This document shows, one piece after another, positions 26,201 to 38,438 of a DNA stretch of 64,000 nucleotides (position 1 is its first letter; each line of letters starts with the position of its first letter). The position numbers and the translations under genes are program-made. The stretch is from Azolla caroliniana (taxonomy: Eukaryota; Plantae; Polypodiophyta), in NCBI GenBank assembly GCA_043228905.1, contig JBHGNT010000008.1, forward strand, positions 22,196,001 through 22,260,000, read 5' to 3'. A model generated the notes under the pieces. That model was not told the origin of the DNA. It saw only the letters and a list, made by a program, of their open reading frames with translations, and did not search any database.

Positions 26201-29200
26201 AAAATCGGGCTTTACATTAGCTTACAGGGAATCCATTGCAATGACCAAGTGGCGCAATTCTGAGGATAGTACAAACTAATACATACAACTGCTACAACTT
26301 TTAGATTAGACGTTAGATTCTTTTCATACAAAATTGTGTGGGTTCTTTGGATACTCAAGAGGATGCTGATGCTTGCATTGATTATCTGTCTCTTGTCTAA
26401 TTTTGGCGTTTAGTAGAGGCCAATAATTCTTTCTTTCCTTCTTTATTTATCCTCTAAAGAAAACATATATCAACATCATAGAAAGTGCAGGCACTTTCAA
26501 TTCTCACATAATAATGAATGGGAAGAAATGCAAGAAGATTAGATTTTCAAAACCCTAACAGGCCCCAGAACAGACAATAATAGAAGACAGATTCTTCATG
26601 AAATTTGGAGAAGTTCCAAAACTAAAAACTTCAACTCTTTTGGCTATGATAATATACCTCGCACACTTGATTTGAACCCACAATTTGATAAATGCTTTGC
26701 AAGGGCCTCTCCAACTTCTTTCTTTGTGCTGCCCAAAGGGACTTCTGAAACAAGTGATACTTTAACAACAGCAGCCTCTGTTGCTAGATTTACAGAAGCA
26801 TGGATCACGTGTGCCTGCAACAGATTGAGATGATATAAACACTAGAGAAGAAAATAAAAGTAAAACCCAAGACATAAAGCAAACAGCATGCATCCAGTGC
26901 AATATATTGATAGCATCTCTTGTTGCATTTGCACCCTGTCAAGTTCTAATAATGAACCTCGCCCGATTGAGTAATCCTTCTTATTAAAGTTTCTAAAATG
27001 CTTTAGGTATTTCGGCAAGGAAAGACACAAGTTTCAACAGTTGTACATAATAGGAAGGGGCAGGAGTGGCCTGTGTTAAAGAAGACCATTTCTCATTGAT
27101 GAGGGTGACTACTTAAACCAATTCAGTTACTGGAACATAGTCCAATATCACAAAATAAATGTCATACTCACATAGTAAAATGTTTACCATGTCTAGATCT
27201 AATAGAAGATGTACAATATATTCAAAACTCCAGCACCTTCATGGACTTTTTTCTATTGCTTGGGTTGTTGCTTTTAATACTCAGTGTTGACATTCATTAC
27301 AGGCAGGTCGTGATCCATGTGTCAACAACTCCAGTACCCAGTGGACTTTTGTTTCACTGGGTTGTTGCTTTTATTTCTGAGTGGTGACATTTGTTACACG
27401 CAAGTCGTGATGCTTTCATTACTCTGGCTGTATATTGTTTTTAGCGGTGGTTCAGAAATGTTTATTCTGTTCTTTCCTTACATTCATGTATGCACATGTG
27501 GTCAGCGAGGTTAGATTCCATCTCAATGCATTTGTTTAGTTACATTTTTTTCTGAGCAGTACAATTCATTAGACAGGTTACCCTGGCTGTGCATTTTTTC
27601 AATGGCAGTTCATAAATATTTTGGTTCTTTTCATGAAAATATGGACAGTGTGACCAGATTCCATGGTACGCCACATCCTTGCACTTATGATTCACGTTAC
27701 TGTTTTTTAGTTACGAAAGAATGTTCTGATTGTACACAGATGACAAACCTGGGGTTCAATTGCATTTCTATTCATAAATATATTTCTAGACAGCGATCAG
27801 CTTCTTGGTCATCAGCTGCTAACCTATTAGATTTATTTATATTTTAGACAACATTCAGTCCATGGTCGTCATCTGTTAGAGCTATAAATATTTTCCCTCC
27901 TCTACAGGGGGCCTTGAAGAACCCGGCATTTAGCTTCATCATCTTGCTGGAGCAATTAAGTTGACCATTCCATTACAACATCTAGAAGTCAAAGAAGAGG
28001 ACAATTTGCATGGTAATATTAATTTATTTGAGAATCAACTAATGGACACAAATGTCATCACGCCAAACAAGGATGACAATTTTTTTGAGTGAGAAGCCCC
28101 ATACTGTGTTCATGATGTTGTTTGGGTGTCTAGGACATGTGCTTAGAGAAGGATGTTTATGCCCTATAAAAGCTGATCATTGACCTCTCCAAGGACAAAT
28201 CATTTGTATCATTGTAAGGTTATAGAGTGAGCTAGCCAACCTTAAGTATAGCGGGATCACCCCTTTGCAGGACTGCCAAAGAACCTTGTAGCCCTTGCCT
28301 GCAAGATGGATCCAAAAAGCAAGGCTCCCATGTTGCTATTCATGCCCCTATACTCTAGAAACATATGAAAACTAGGAGAAGTTTGGTGACATCAAATCAT
28401 ACATAGGCGTCTAGTTGCGAGGAGATTCTCATATCGTTGAGGGGAATATGAGGATCTAATACCATTGATCTGTCATCAAGTTCCAGTGACCTAAAGTCTC
28501 AAAAAAGATATAATCTGATTCACTTCAAGGTAAAACGCTAAGTTCCAAACGCCAGCCAGATTATTCAGTCATCATAATAATTGAAGAAAATCAGTATGCA
28601 TTGATAAGACACTAACCTGTGACTCCAAAATACGTTTTACAGAGGATGCACAACCACCGCATACCATGCCCTGAAATAAGCCACCAGGAAGTCAGATCCA
28701 CTGAACATATTTTTCGACGAGGAAAATGTGCAAAGAGAAATGCAAGCGTAAAGATATTGAGTTCTTGGGAGAACCTTTAGCATAATGCACATACTTGTCA
28801 GTTGGGGATAGAATTAATTTACATCACGTTGCATTCATGTACACTCCGTACATACAGTATTTCGCTATGAGATGCACTTAGAAATATCCATTCACACTTT
28901 AAGACGATCAAAATTACAATCCAGAAGAAAAACCCCTTTGTTTTTCGAACTACAGTCGAGATGGCAGAGATGGTGAATTGTTTGATAAATTTTAATGTAG
29001 GAAGCAAATGTGCCTTACACTTTGGGTGAGAGTATATAAACACTACCTTGGGTCACACCATGTTTATTTAGTTTGATGCAGAGTATTCAAACATCCAAAA
29101 GTGCCATTAAATGGAAACTAGGATGGGTAAAAGAAAGAATTCTAATTTCAAGTTAATGCCATTGCCTTGTTAAAGAAACGAAATTCAAACTTCTAAAATT

Positions 29201-30120
29201 GTCAAGGAAAAGAAGAATAGAGCAGACAAAACAAATAATTCAAGAAACTCTATAGTAGCAACTTCCAATACGGCAAAAAACTTCACATCACAGCATAGGA
29301 TGGTGAAAAATCACACGCAACAAATTCCTCCTAACATGGCTAAAAACATGGTTTGAATGGCTATGCATTGATTGCTTTAAAAAATACATTTCCTAGTGTA
29401 TTACCAGCTATCCACAGGCATTATATGGCAATGTTACAAAGAATTCCATTCCTAAAGAGAAATAATAATTTTGATGATTGACATGAATCTTCACACCATA
29501 TCGTAGAGAAGAACCACCATACCTTGCTCGTAGAGAGGAACCATTATACAATAAAATTTGATACCATGCATAGGGATTGAAAGAGAAGCTTTCATGTCAT
29601 CGAATGCTAAGAATTGGATATTAACAAAATTTTCCGTGTAACATTACAAAGAGAGAAGAAAGCATACTCCAACATCAAGGAAGATGACATCTTCGAGGGA
29701 GGAGGTGGATTCCGTTATGGTGGCTCCGGAATCTCCAGCTGGATCCAAGGATGCATCTCCACCTCCACCATCCCCACCTCCACCTCCACCATCAGATCCT
29801 CCACCGAATCCATTGGTCCCTCCCCCGGGGCCTGAAGATAATATGGCGGAGCTGGAAATAGAGGCAGTTTTCGCTGCCCAATTGCAGCTGTGTTTTGGGC
29901 ACCATTTGGCAAGAGGGGGAGAGGGGAAGGGAGAGAGGAAGAAGGAGGAAGTGAGAGGAGGAGGCTGATGATGGGAAGGGAAGTGAGAAGTGAGCCATCT
30001 ATGAAGACGGGCAGTTACGCGAGGAGTAGGGTTTATGCAGTGACTGCGTGAGATTGGGCAAGGGAAAACAGAAGAAGAAGAAGAAGAAGAAGAGAGACGC
30101 TGAAACAGAGCTCTTTCCAT
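20278..30120 (-). CDS. PAA1: Chloroplast copper-transporting P1B-ATPase PAA1/HMA6-like (multi-exon)
   Basis: Exon 1 (30120-29668) encodes a transit peptide and Gly-rich stretch. Exon 28670-28617 carries the HMA motif [16 protein letters not shown]. Later exons encode [76 protein letters not shown] and [13 protein letters not shown]. Confidence 0.95.
27226..27411. repeat. Diverged tandem duplication (about 100-bp period) in a PAA1 intron
   Basis: AACTCCAG..TGGACTTTT..TGGGTTGTTGCTTTTA..TGACATT..GTCGTGAT occurs twice. Confidence 0.7.
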
Positions 30121-31321
30121 AGCAGAGAAGGTTCGAGTATAGATAGATAGACAGATAGATAAATAGATAGAACTTAGAAGAAGAAGACCAAAGCAAAGAA
30201 GAGTGTGGGATTGAGTGTGTTATTTATTATGATAAGCTCTCAAAAGCTTTTGCTTTATAAATTATAACTACATATGTACATACTTATTACTAACTGGCCT
30301 ACTACAATGAATCACGTGTATGAATGTATGTATGTATGTATGTATCAGTATGTATGTACGTATGCATTCATGCATGTACAAATGTACATACTGTATGTAT
30401 ATCAATATGTGTATGTATGTATGTACGTGTGGATGTATGTAAATGTGTTTTCATGCTCCCTTTTGTGTCACGTGGGGCTATAGCCATGGCAACATGCTTT
30501 CCATGTGAGCGACTCTCGGCCGGTGCCTCTCACTTGCTCCTCCTCCTCTTATAGTCGTGTGGCGTGGTGCGGTGCTCCAGCTGATAGCCCTTGTTTCCGA
30601 TAGCCCTTGTTTCCGTGCAAGCTTTAGCTAAAATGCAATATAATGCAAATTGCCATTTTTTACAATTGACAAAACTCAAAATCACAAAAACATGCTTGCA
30701 AGTCATATCATGTAACTCAATATCATCTCTTCTTAAATGTTCGTCATTGCGTCTTCCACTTCCACGATGATCTCTCGACATCCTTGACACCCTCGTTCAT
30801 CCATGTTTAGCTTAGAAATGTCTCGTGGGTTATGGCAAGAATCCATGTGTGTTTTTTGAGGTGGTTGCCTTTGTCATTAGGTTTTTAGTTGTCTTTCTAT
30901 CTCCTGGACAAAATTAGTGAGATCCTTGAATTGCAAACCTTTCTGTTAACCGAACATTGCCCCAACACATGATACATCTATATGTCTTATTTTTGTATGG
31001 CACATGCAAACTACATTCGTCTGGTCAACGAGCATGTTTAGCAAATGTCATATATACTAGGCAAGAGATCTCCGTTTTGTACTGCTTTTCTATGCATATT
31101 CTCTCTAGCACATCGGTGCCATTGCACACGAGCATCCAACTTGTAAATGTGTTGTCTTTGAATACGAGTGCAATAATGAACTTCCAATAATGAACTTCCG
31201 CGACACTATATACGAACATTGGACAACAGATGTGACCCATATGTTTTCGTGGTATGCGTGGCAGGCAGCAACCAACCAACGAACTAGTGTCTCCTATCCT
31301 CACACCTTTTCTTTTCGGACA

Positions 31322-31535
31322 GTCTGAAATGGGCGCGCAGGTGTGAAACCTGAGACCGTCCATTTGGTATTACGCAGAGTAGGGTATCTCTACTTTCTTT
31401 TCTCCTTCCCCTTCTCATCGACGACGACGACGAAGAAGAAGAAGAAGAAGAAGAAGAAGAAGAAGAAGCCGCGGCAGCTGCAGCTGCAGCAGCGGAAGCA
31501 GAAGCCCTTTGTTCTCCCCGCCGCCTCCTTCTCAG
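31322..31535 (+). promoter_or_regulatory. VDAC proximal promoter and non-coding exon 1 (donor GT at 31536)
   Basis: Pyrimidine patch, (GAA)n leader and TCTCAG|GT donor. The acceptor TTTTTTACAG ends at 32714, just before ATG 32725. A copy lies on the minus strand at 56901-57078. TSS unknown. Confidence 0.7.
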
Positions 31536-32724
31536 GTCCGCCTCAACCATTGTCCTTCTCGTGCTTTTCTCGAATCTTTGTTTCTTCTGTGGCTCTTTGT
31601 TTTGCATTCGTTTGATCTGTGGATCTGGATACCTGCAATCTTTGGATCCAGGGTGTTTCCATTTCCGTTTCCTTTGTGCTTCTCTGGTTTTTCGGGTCGG
31701 AGTTTTGTTCTTCTTGAACATACTTAATCGTGTTACAATAGAACAAATACTGTTCTTGAACCATCAATAGTGCAATATACAACTGGAAGAAGTAGATTCA
31801 ATCATTTATAGAAAAACTCAACTTAAACAAAACAAATGCTCAGAGACAGCATTCTTATCTTTCAATCAAAATCCATGCGATAAGAAAAATGAAGGCGTTA
31901 ATCTCTTGAAAGTAAAGAAGAAACATCTTTGAAGGGTTTGTTCTTTTGTTGTGAACTCGTGATTAATGGCACTGAAAGGCTGCCTAGTTTGGGAGTTCAA
32001 TGATATACTTGATAGTTCTGATTTTGTTGTGTAATGTAGTTTAATGGCAGGGTCAAATGGCTGTAAACTTTAATGTTCATAATAGCAAGATAGAACTTTG
32101 TTTCACTTTTTGTTTTGTTAAATGGCCATTTTTTCACGTAAAAATTTATTTTTAAATGATGCAAGATAAAACTGCATTCTGGAAGTTTCTTCTTTCAATT
32201 GTGAACTCCAGTTTAATGACAAGGAAACATAACTGCAAACTTTGATATTAAACAAAGAAGCTTCCACTTCCAGCTTGTAACTGTTGAATTTCAATATTCA
32301 CAGTTACAGTTCCTTGTGAGTATTGAATTAATGACATACTAACTAACATTTGAACTGTTTCTGTATGTTTCGTCTATCTCGTAGTATAGTGAGGAGTAAG
32401 TTCCAGTGTTTTGAGGAAGAATTTGGTTATGTTTCTTATTATGCATGAAAGAATGATGAGAGAATACAACAAATTTATATTCTGGTTATACTCCCTTTGA
32501 GGACCTAGCATGTAACAAAAAGAATAAAAAATTTATAACTTGAGCACGCAGGTTAAAAATCTGACCAACATTTTAGTGAACATGAGGACCATTATCAGCA
32601 GTAGTGTGAACAATTAATCTATAAATTTAGGTTACTCTGTTGTCTCTCTGTGCTTATCGACATTTCTTGCTGATCCTAATTTTTCTAAATCTAAAGTCTT
32701 CTCGTTTTTTACAGATTTGCCAAG

Positions 32725-35700
32725 ATGGGACCAGGCTTGTTTTCTGACATTGGCAAGAAGGCTAAAGGTTTGTTGTTTTTTTCTAAATCTCTTCATTTCT
32801 TGCTTGTTACAAGTTTTTCACAGGTTATAAGTGTATCTAAGTTTTCAATGAATCCAAGAAGGGGTTCGGTGCTTTTTGAATCTTCCTTTTTTAAAAGCTT
32901 GCATCTGTATTGCCATCTTGGCTGCAAAACTTTGTTGAATGTAAACATCAGAGTTTTTCGTGCAACATTTCTATCCAAGCTATGTACTACTGTGAAAGTA
33001 AAATGCTAGATTGAAGAGCTTATTATGAAGAACATTGACATTTTGTGGAACTTAGTTTCCTTAGATGATGAATCATCTTTGAAAAACCTGACCTGAATGT
33101 TTGTTTAGGAAGTAAATTGAACATGTTCATATATCTTAATGAGGCATTATGAACGCTGAAACGTCATTTGCATCTCATTTTTGTGGGAATTTTTTAGTAT
33201 ACTGTATTATGATGAAAACAGCAGTTGCTACTAGATATGTGTTAAAATGTTGACTGGTTCATTGGACTAACATTTAGTTAGATTCCTTATGTGCCTATGT
33301 AATATGCAGTGCCCCACTATATTTACTCTAATTATGAGTTGCCGAAGCTTTTGTAACTTCGTTTGATTATTCTTATGGTTTTATCCATTTTTGTGATTGT
33401 TGCTGCTATTTACATTAGTTGTCTATTCAAGTATATTCTATGTGTTTCCTTTTCGTTCAGATCTACTGTACAAAGATTACCTTCAAGACCACAAAATTAC
33501 AGTCACTACACAGTCAGCAACAGGATTGGTATGTTGCATTTTATGTATGAGCTTTGCTTTCATGACAATGTCCATTTCCATTCATGTCTCAGAATCAGGA
33601 CGAGAGAGAGAGTGAGGAAGTTTTTAACACAGCGGATTTTGTTCACAGACATTCACCACAACTGGATTAAAAAAAGGAGAGTTGTTTGTTGGTGATCTTG
33701 TAACGAAGTTCAAAAAACGCAATGTCACAACGGACATAAAGCTGGACACAAATTCAAAAGTAATTTTTCTCTCATTCTTTATATTTGAAGCTGCTTCCCA
33801 TTTTAGTAGAAAGATTTGCGAATGAGGCAATTTTGAGATATCTGGAATGTGTTTGGTATTATGAATGTGCTATAAAGATGAAGCTGGACTCACCTGATGA
33901 ATATATTTGCATCAATTCATACTTTGCTGATAATGGAACTAGGATCTAGTAAATGATGAGATATCAAGTACGTTTAAGTGGAAAGGGTAAATTTTGCATG
34001 CATTTTAGGTAATTATGTATTTTTGCAGCAGTTGATTCACAAACTCCATTTAGCTCTTCAATGCTTGAACTTTCATTTGTTCTTGTATCTCAAAGTGTTC
34101 CTTTCAAAAGTCATATTATTAATGTAAGCAAAACTACACATGATTTTACAATATAATTTCGGTTATTGAACCATTTAAATAATGTTTCACGTTACTTGGA
34201 TTGTGTTTGCTTCTATTTGTGAATCTTAAGAGTAGTCTATCAGTGCTTTCCTTTCTCAGTCTATTAGGGCGTGCTGCTCCTGTAGATTTGGTTTGGTAGA
34301 CTGAATGCTTTGCAGAAATTTTATAAAACATTTATTGAGAATCGCTACTTCCAGATGAGACCAGTTTACGCTTTGGGGTTGAAAAAACTAGCATGTCAGA
34401 ACTTTGTTTAAAGATGTTAACTCCTTTGCATTCTTTAGAGAGAAACCTTGAATGACTTTGAGGGATCATTTATAAATGTATCCATCTCCACAGGGTTTGT
34501 TCATCCACATTGAGTATCCGGTTTATATGCTTATCTCTGTTGGTGTATGTCAGGGGTAACCCTTTTAATTGGCTTTAAAGATGCCTAATTGTTTATGTGT
34601 TCATTGTGTAATGGTGAATCCACCCTCTCAAATGTTGTTTTCTACTGACCTGGATTTACAACCATAGGAGGCATGCTGCAAAACAAGTTTGACTCCTTGT
34701 TCCAATAAAATGACATAAATTATTTGCTGTGATACTAGGGTAGGGAATAGTGTATTTCTATTTTTACAGAACTGTTATTCTTGAACTTCACCTTTGAGGT
34801 TGTGGCATGAGTTGTCTTTAAAGTAGGTGTAGTCTGATGGAGACAGTTTTCTTGTAGCTATGTGGCCTTTTGGATGATTTTTAGAGCAAAGTTAGCAAGG
34901 AGAGGAACACCAAAAATGTAGGCTAATGAAAATGTCTGAAACCATTACCATAATATCTTTAATTCATGGTGACTGAGTAGTATTTCCCTGGTTTGCTGAA
35001 TTTCATGATCTGTGTTGGCTTCTTGCTTTAGATTTTCATGATTATCTGACTGTGTTTCCCTGGAATATGGGTTTTCCTGCATTGGCTTCTTGTTTGAGAT
35101 TCTCATGACAGTCTGAGTGAATTTATTTCCCTGCAACGTGGAATTTCTTAATCTGTCTTGACTTCTTGCTTCAGATTTTCACGACAGTGACTGTGGATGA
35201 AGTAGCTCCTGGTCTGAAGACTGTGCTTAATTTCACCATCCCTGATCCGAATTCTGGAAAGGTTGGATGTGTTTTTTTCAAATATTTCTACAGGGAATGA
35301 AATTTGCATTTTCTATAACATCATCAGTGTTTTTTTTTCTAGATGGAGGTACAATATCACCATGAAAATGCTGGTCTTAGTTGCAGTGTTGGTTTGGCAG
35401 CTGTCCCTGTTGTGGAAGTGAATGGAACATTCGGTAATGGAAAATTTGCAATCGGTGGTGAAGTAGCTTTTGACACAAATACTGGTGAAGTAACCAAGTA
35501 CAATACGGGTGTTGGTATCACTGAACCGGATTTTACAGCAGCTCTGCTATTGTATGAGATCATTTACATAACCTTTTTATTTTCTAGGGGAAACACTGAA
35601 TTATCCCCAATTGTTTTGGCAATTTACCAGAATGGCCTAAAGTTTTAAAAAATGACCAGAATACCATACCCTTCTGCTGTAGGCCATTTTCTGCAACAGA

Positions 35701-36221
35701 GGTATTTGTTTTTAAAGGTTGAAGGTATTCTGGTCATTTTTGACATGCTACGGTATTCTGGTAAGTTTTGAGATGTTAAAGATATTCTGTTAATTATCCA
35801 AAAAATTTGAGGTATTCTGGTGTTTTGCCCTTTGCTTTGTTTATATATAATAGCATGACATGTTTGTGGGTTGCTAATGAATGATTTCCTGGCTCTATAC
35901 TCACGTGCCTAATGCAGAACGGATAAGGGTGATACATTGAAAGCATCGTACCTTCACAATCTCGTCTCTAATAAGACGACAGTTGTAGCTGAAATAACAC
36001 ACAAATTGTCTTCAAAAGACAATACCTTCACTATTGGCAGTTCATATGCATTGGATACTTTCACTACCGTGAAGGGTAGAGTGAACAATTATGGGACAGT
36101 AGCAGCTCTTGTGCAACATGAATGGAGGCCGAAGTCAACATTCATACTTTCAGCTGAGATTGATTCGAAGGCATTGGACAAGCAAACCAAGTTTGGCTTG
36201 GCATTGGCTTTGAAGCCCTGA
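32725..36221 (+). CDS. VDAC: Voltage-dependent anion channel (mitochondrial porin); exons 32725-32767, 33461-33528, 33649-33759, 35175-35261, 35343-35551, 35918-36221
   Basis: MGPGLFSDIGKKAK-DLLYKDY..., ending VKGRVNNYG..LVQHEWRPKS..SAEIDSKALDKQTKFGLALALKP*. All introns are GT-AG and in phase. Confidence 0.96.
35586..35839. mobile_element. MITE-like element (possibly Mutator-type) in the last VDAC intron
   Basis: Imperfect terminal inverted repeats (AGGGGAAACACTGAA ... TTCTGGTGTTTTGCCCT). The internal motif CCAGAATACC/GGTATTCTGG is repeated in both orientations. A second, inverted copy lies at 37066-37292. Confidence 0.6.
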
Positions 36222-37065
36222 AGATCTTCTTCTATCACTGGCAGCAGGCTTTCTATGGAATATTTGAACCAAAATTTTGTTTCAACAATCAAAAGCAAAA
36301 TTGACCCTCATTGAGTTATGCATGACACTCCCCTAATTGGTTTTAATGAAGCCAGATACTTGAATTTTGAATTCAGTTTCAGTTAGCACATGAGGCAAGA
36401 GCTTTGTCTTTATAATGATTATGATCTTTTAGATATTCTCTGAATGGCAATCAAGTCTTGTCTGTAGCTCTGCTGCCTTCATAATAAAAAATTGTTTGAC
36501 TTCACATTAATCAGAAATTTAAGAGTTTAGATATATGAAATACATAGGACATCATAATGCAGCAATAAAATTCATTGTGGATGTGTGATGTCTTAACAAG
36601 AAGTCCAATGGTTATTCTTGTTGCAGAATACTATTTTGTATTCCTTTCTCTTAACTTTGTGCGCACAGGTTTGGCAAACCCTCATTTGACCTACAATGTA
36701 ATGGTATTGTGAAATGAGGATAGTGTATTCATTATTCTTAAACATAGGTTAGAGTGAATTGTATTAAGTATATAACTAGCTTGACAAACTTGACCCAAGA
36801 AATTAGTAAATAAACCCTAACCTAGTGTTGTAAGTTCTCTTGGATCCTTTTGCCCCTGTTTTGACTACTCTCTTGATAAGCTAAGTATAGAAAAGCAAGT
36901 GCTTAGAGAATGAAAGTAAGTTGTACTTGCATCTTTTAAGAGGCTGAAATGATTTGCAAGGCCAAAGAAGAGGTCACATCTTAAGTGTCATCTCAACTTT
37001 AGGACAAATATGCATGCATGAGAAGTGAAAACAACTTGCCTTTAGATAATTAACAGAGCAAAGGG

Positions 37066-37292
37066 CAAAGCAAAGGGCAAAACACCAGAATACCTCAAAT
37101 TTTTTGGATGATTAACAGAATATCTTTAACATCTCAAAACTTACTAGAATACTGTAACATGTCAAAAATGACCAGAATACCTTCAACCTTTAAAAAAATA
37201 ATACCTCTGATGCAGAAAATGGCCTACAGCAGAAGGGTATGGTATTCTGGTCATTTTTTAAAACTTTAGGCCATTCTGGTAAATTGCCAAAA
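37066..37292. repeat. Inverted, near-identical copy of 35614-35839
   Basis: The reverse complement aligns over about 226 bp with only scattered mismatches. Confidence 0.9.
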
Positions 37293-38438
37293 TTGGAAGG
37301 AGAAACTTAGGAGTTGGCAAGTGATCTACATGTATTAGCAAGTTGTCAAAAGTGTAGAACAATAATATGTGAAGTTGGGTTTGTGACAAACAACGATTCC
37401 CTCTTGCATGAGTAAAAGTTGGTCGATGACTATTTTTTTGAAGCGATTTTTTATTTGCACAAGAGAGTTAGAGATCAATTGATTGCTTGGAGTTTGAGAT
37501 AAATAGCCAATAGTTAGGCTCATGACATAAAGAATGCATGCTCAAACCTCACACTACATGGCAATAGTATGAAGGCAAATGAAGGTTATAGTAGAGTAAT
37601 CCATGCTTAAGAAATGTAAACTACATGACTAACCATTTTGTCAACTCATTGTCATTTGTGTTAAGGAGACAAACGACATTCCAATGAAGTGGTTCATCAA
37701 ACAAATTTCATCATCCTACAATGTGATTCCAACGAACGAGTTTATGATGTGGTTTTACAATACATGTTCGGTGGTTCAATGGGAAGTGCTTGGGCAATGT
37801 AGGGGAGAATTTCACAAACTGTTGCAAGGAAATAGAAGTTCGATAGCCTCCAATACCCCCAAAAAATGAAAGCAGATAACGTCTTACAAGGGCTAGGTGA
37901 TGAAAGAATAGAAACTGCAAGACTCTCTTGACATCTCGAGAGTAAAACATATAACAAAGTTTAGGACTTGTAAAATCGAACACTTTTCGAAACAATCATT
38001 TGGGTCATGTCATTCAAGGTTTAAGCCCCTTAAAACCTATATACAATACACGCAGATAAGGATCCGTAAGATCAATGTGTCCCTACCAGAAAGAGTTCGT
38101 TATGTCACTCATCCTATGAGAGAGAGAGAGAGAGAGATGTTGTATTATATATTGCAATAGGAAATCATTTGATGTTAAAAGGCATCAGAAACTCTTGTAC
38201 ATATACAGAGAGAATGTAAATAGAAGAAGAATGAGGAGGAGGAGGAGGAGGAGGAGGAGAAGAAGAATATGAAGAAGACAACTCAACCGAAAAGGAAGAA
38301 GAAACCCTAATAATCCCTACAACAACGTAGTGTTCTCCTATAACTAGAGCTTAGTGGCTAGGATTCTACATATATGTGTGCGAAGAGAAGAGTGCCATGA
38401 TAGACCGACGACAAATTGAGTGAGAATTATACATAGTT

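Noticed and set aside
31343-31615. ORF MKPETVHLVLRRVGYLY..., also present at 56842-57057 on the minus strand, as a conserved micropeptide
   Set aside because: It starts at GTG, crosses a splice donor and a (GAA)n microsatellite, and its similarity is fully explained by the DNA duplication.
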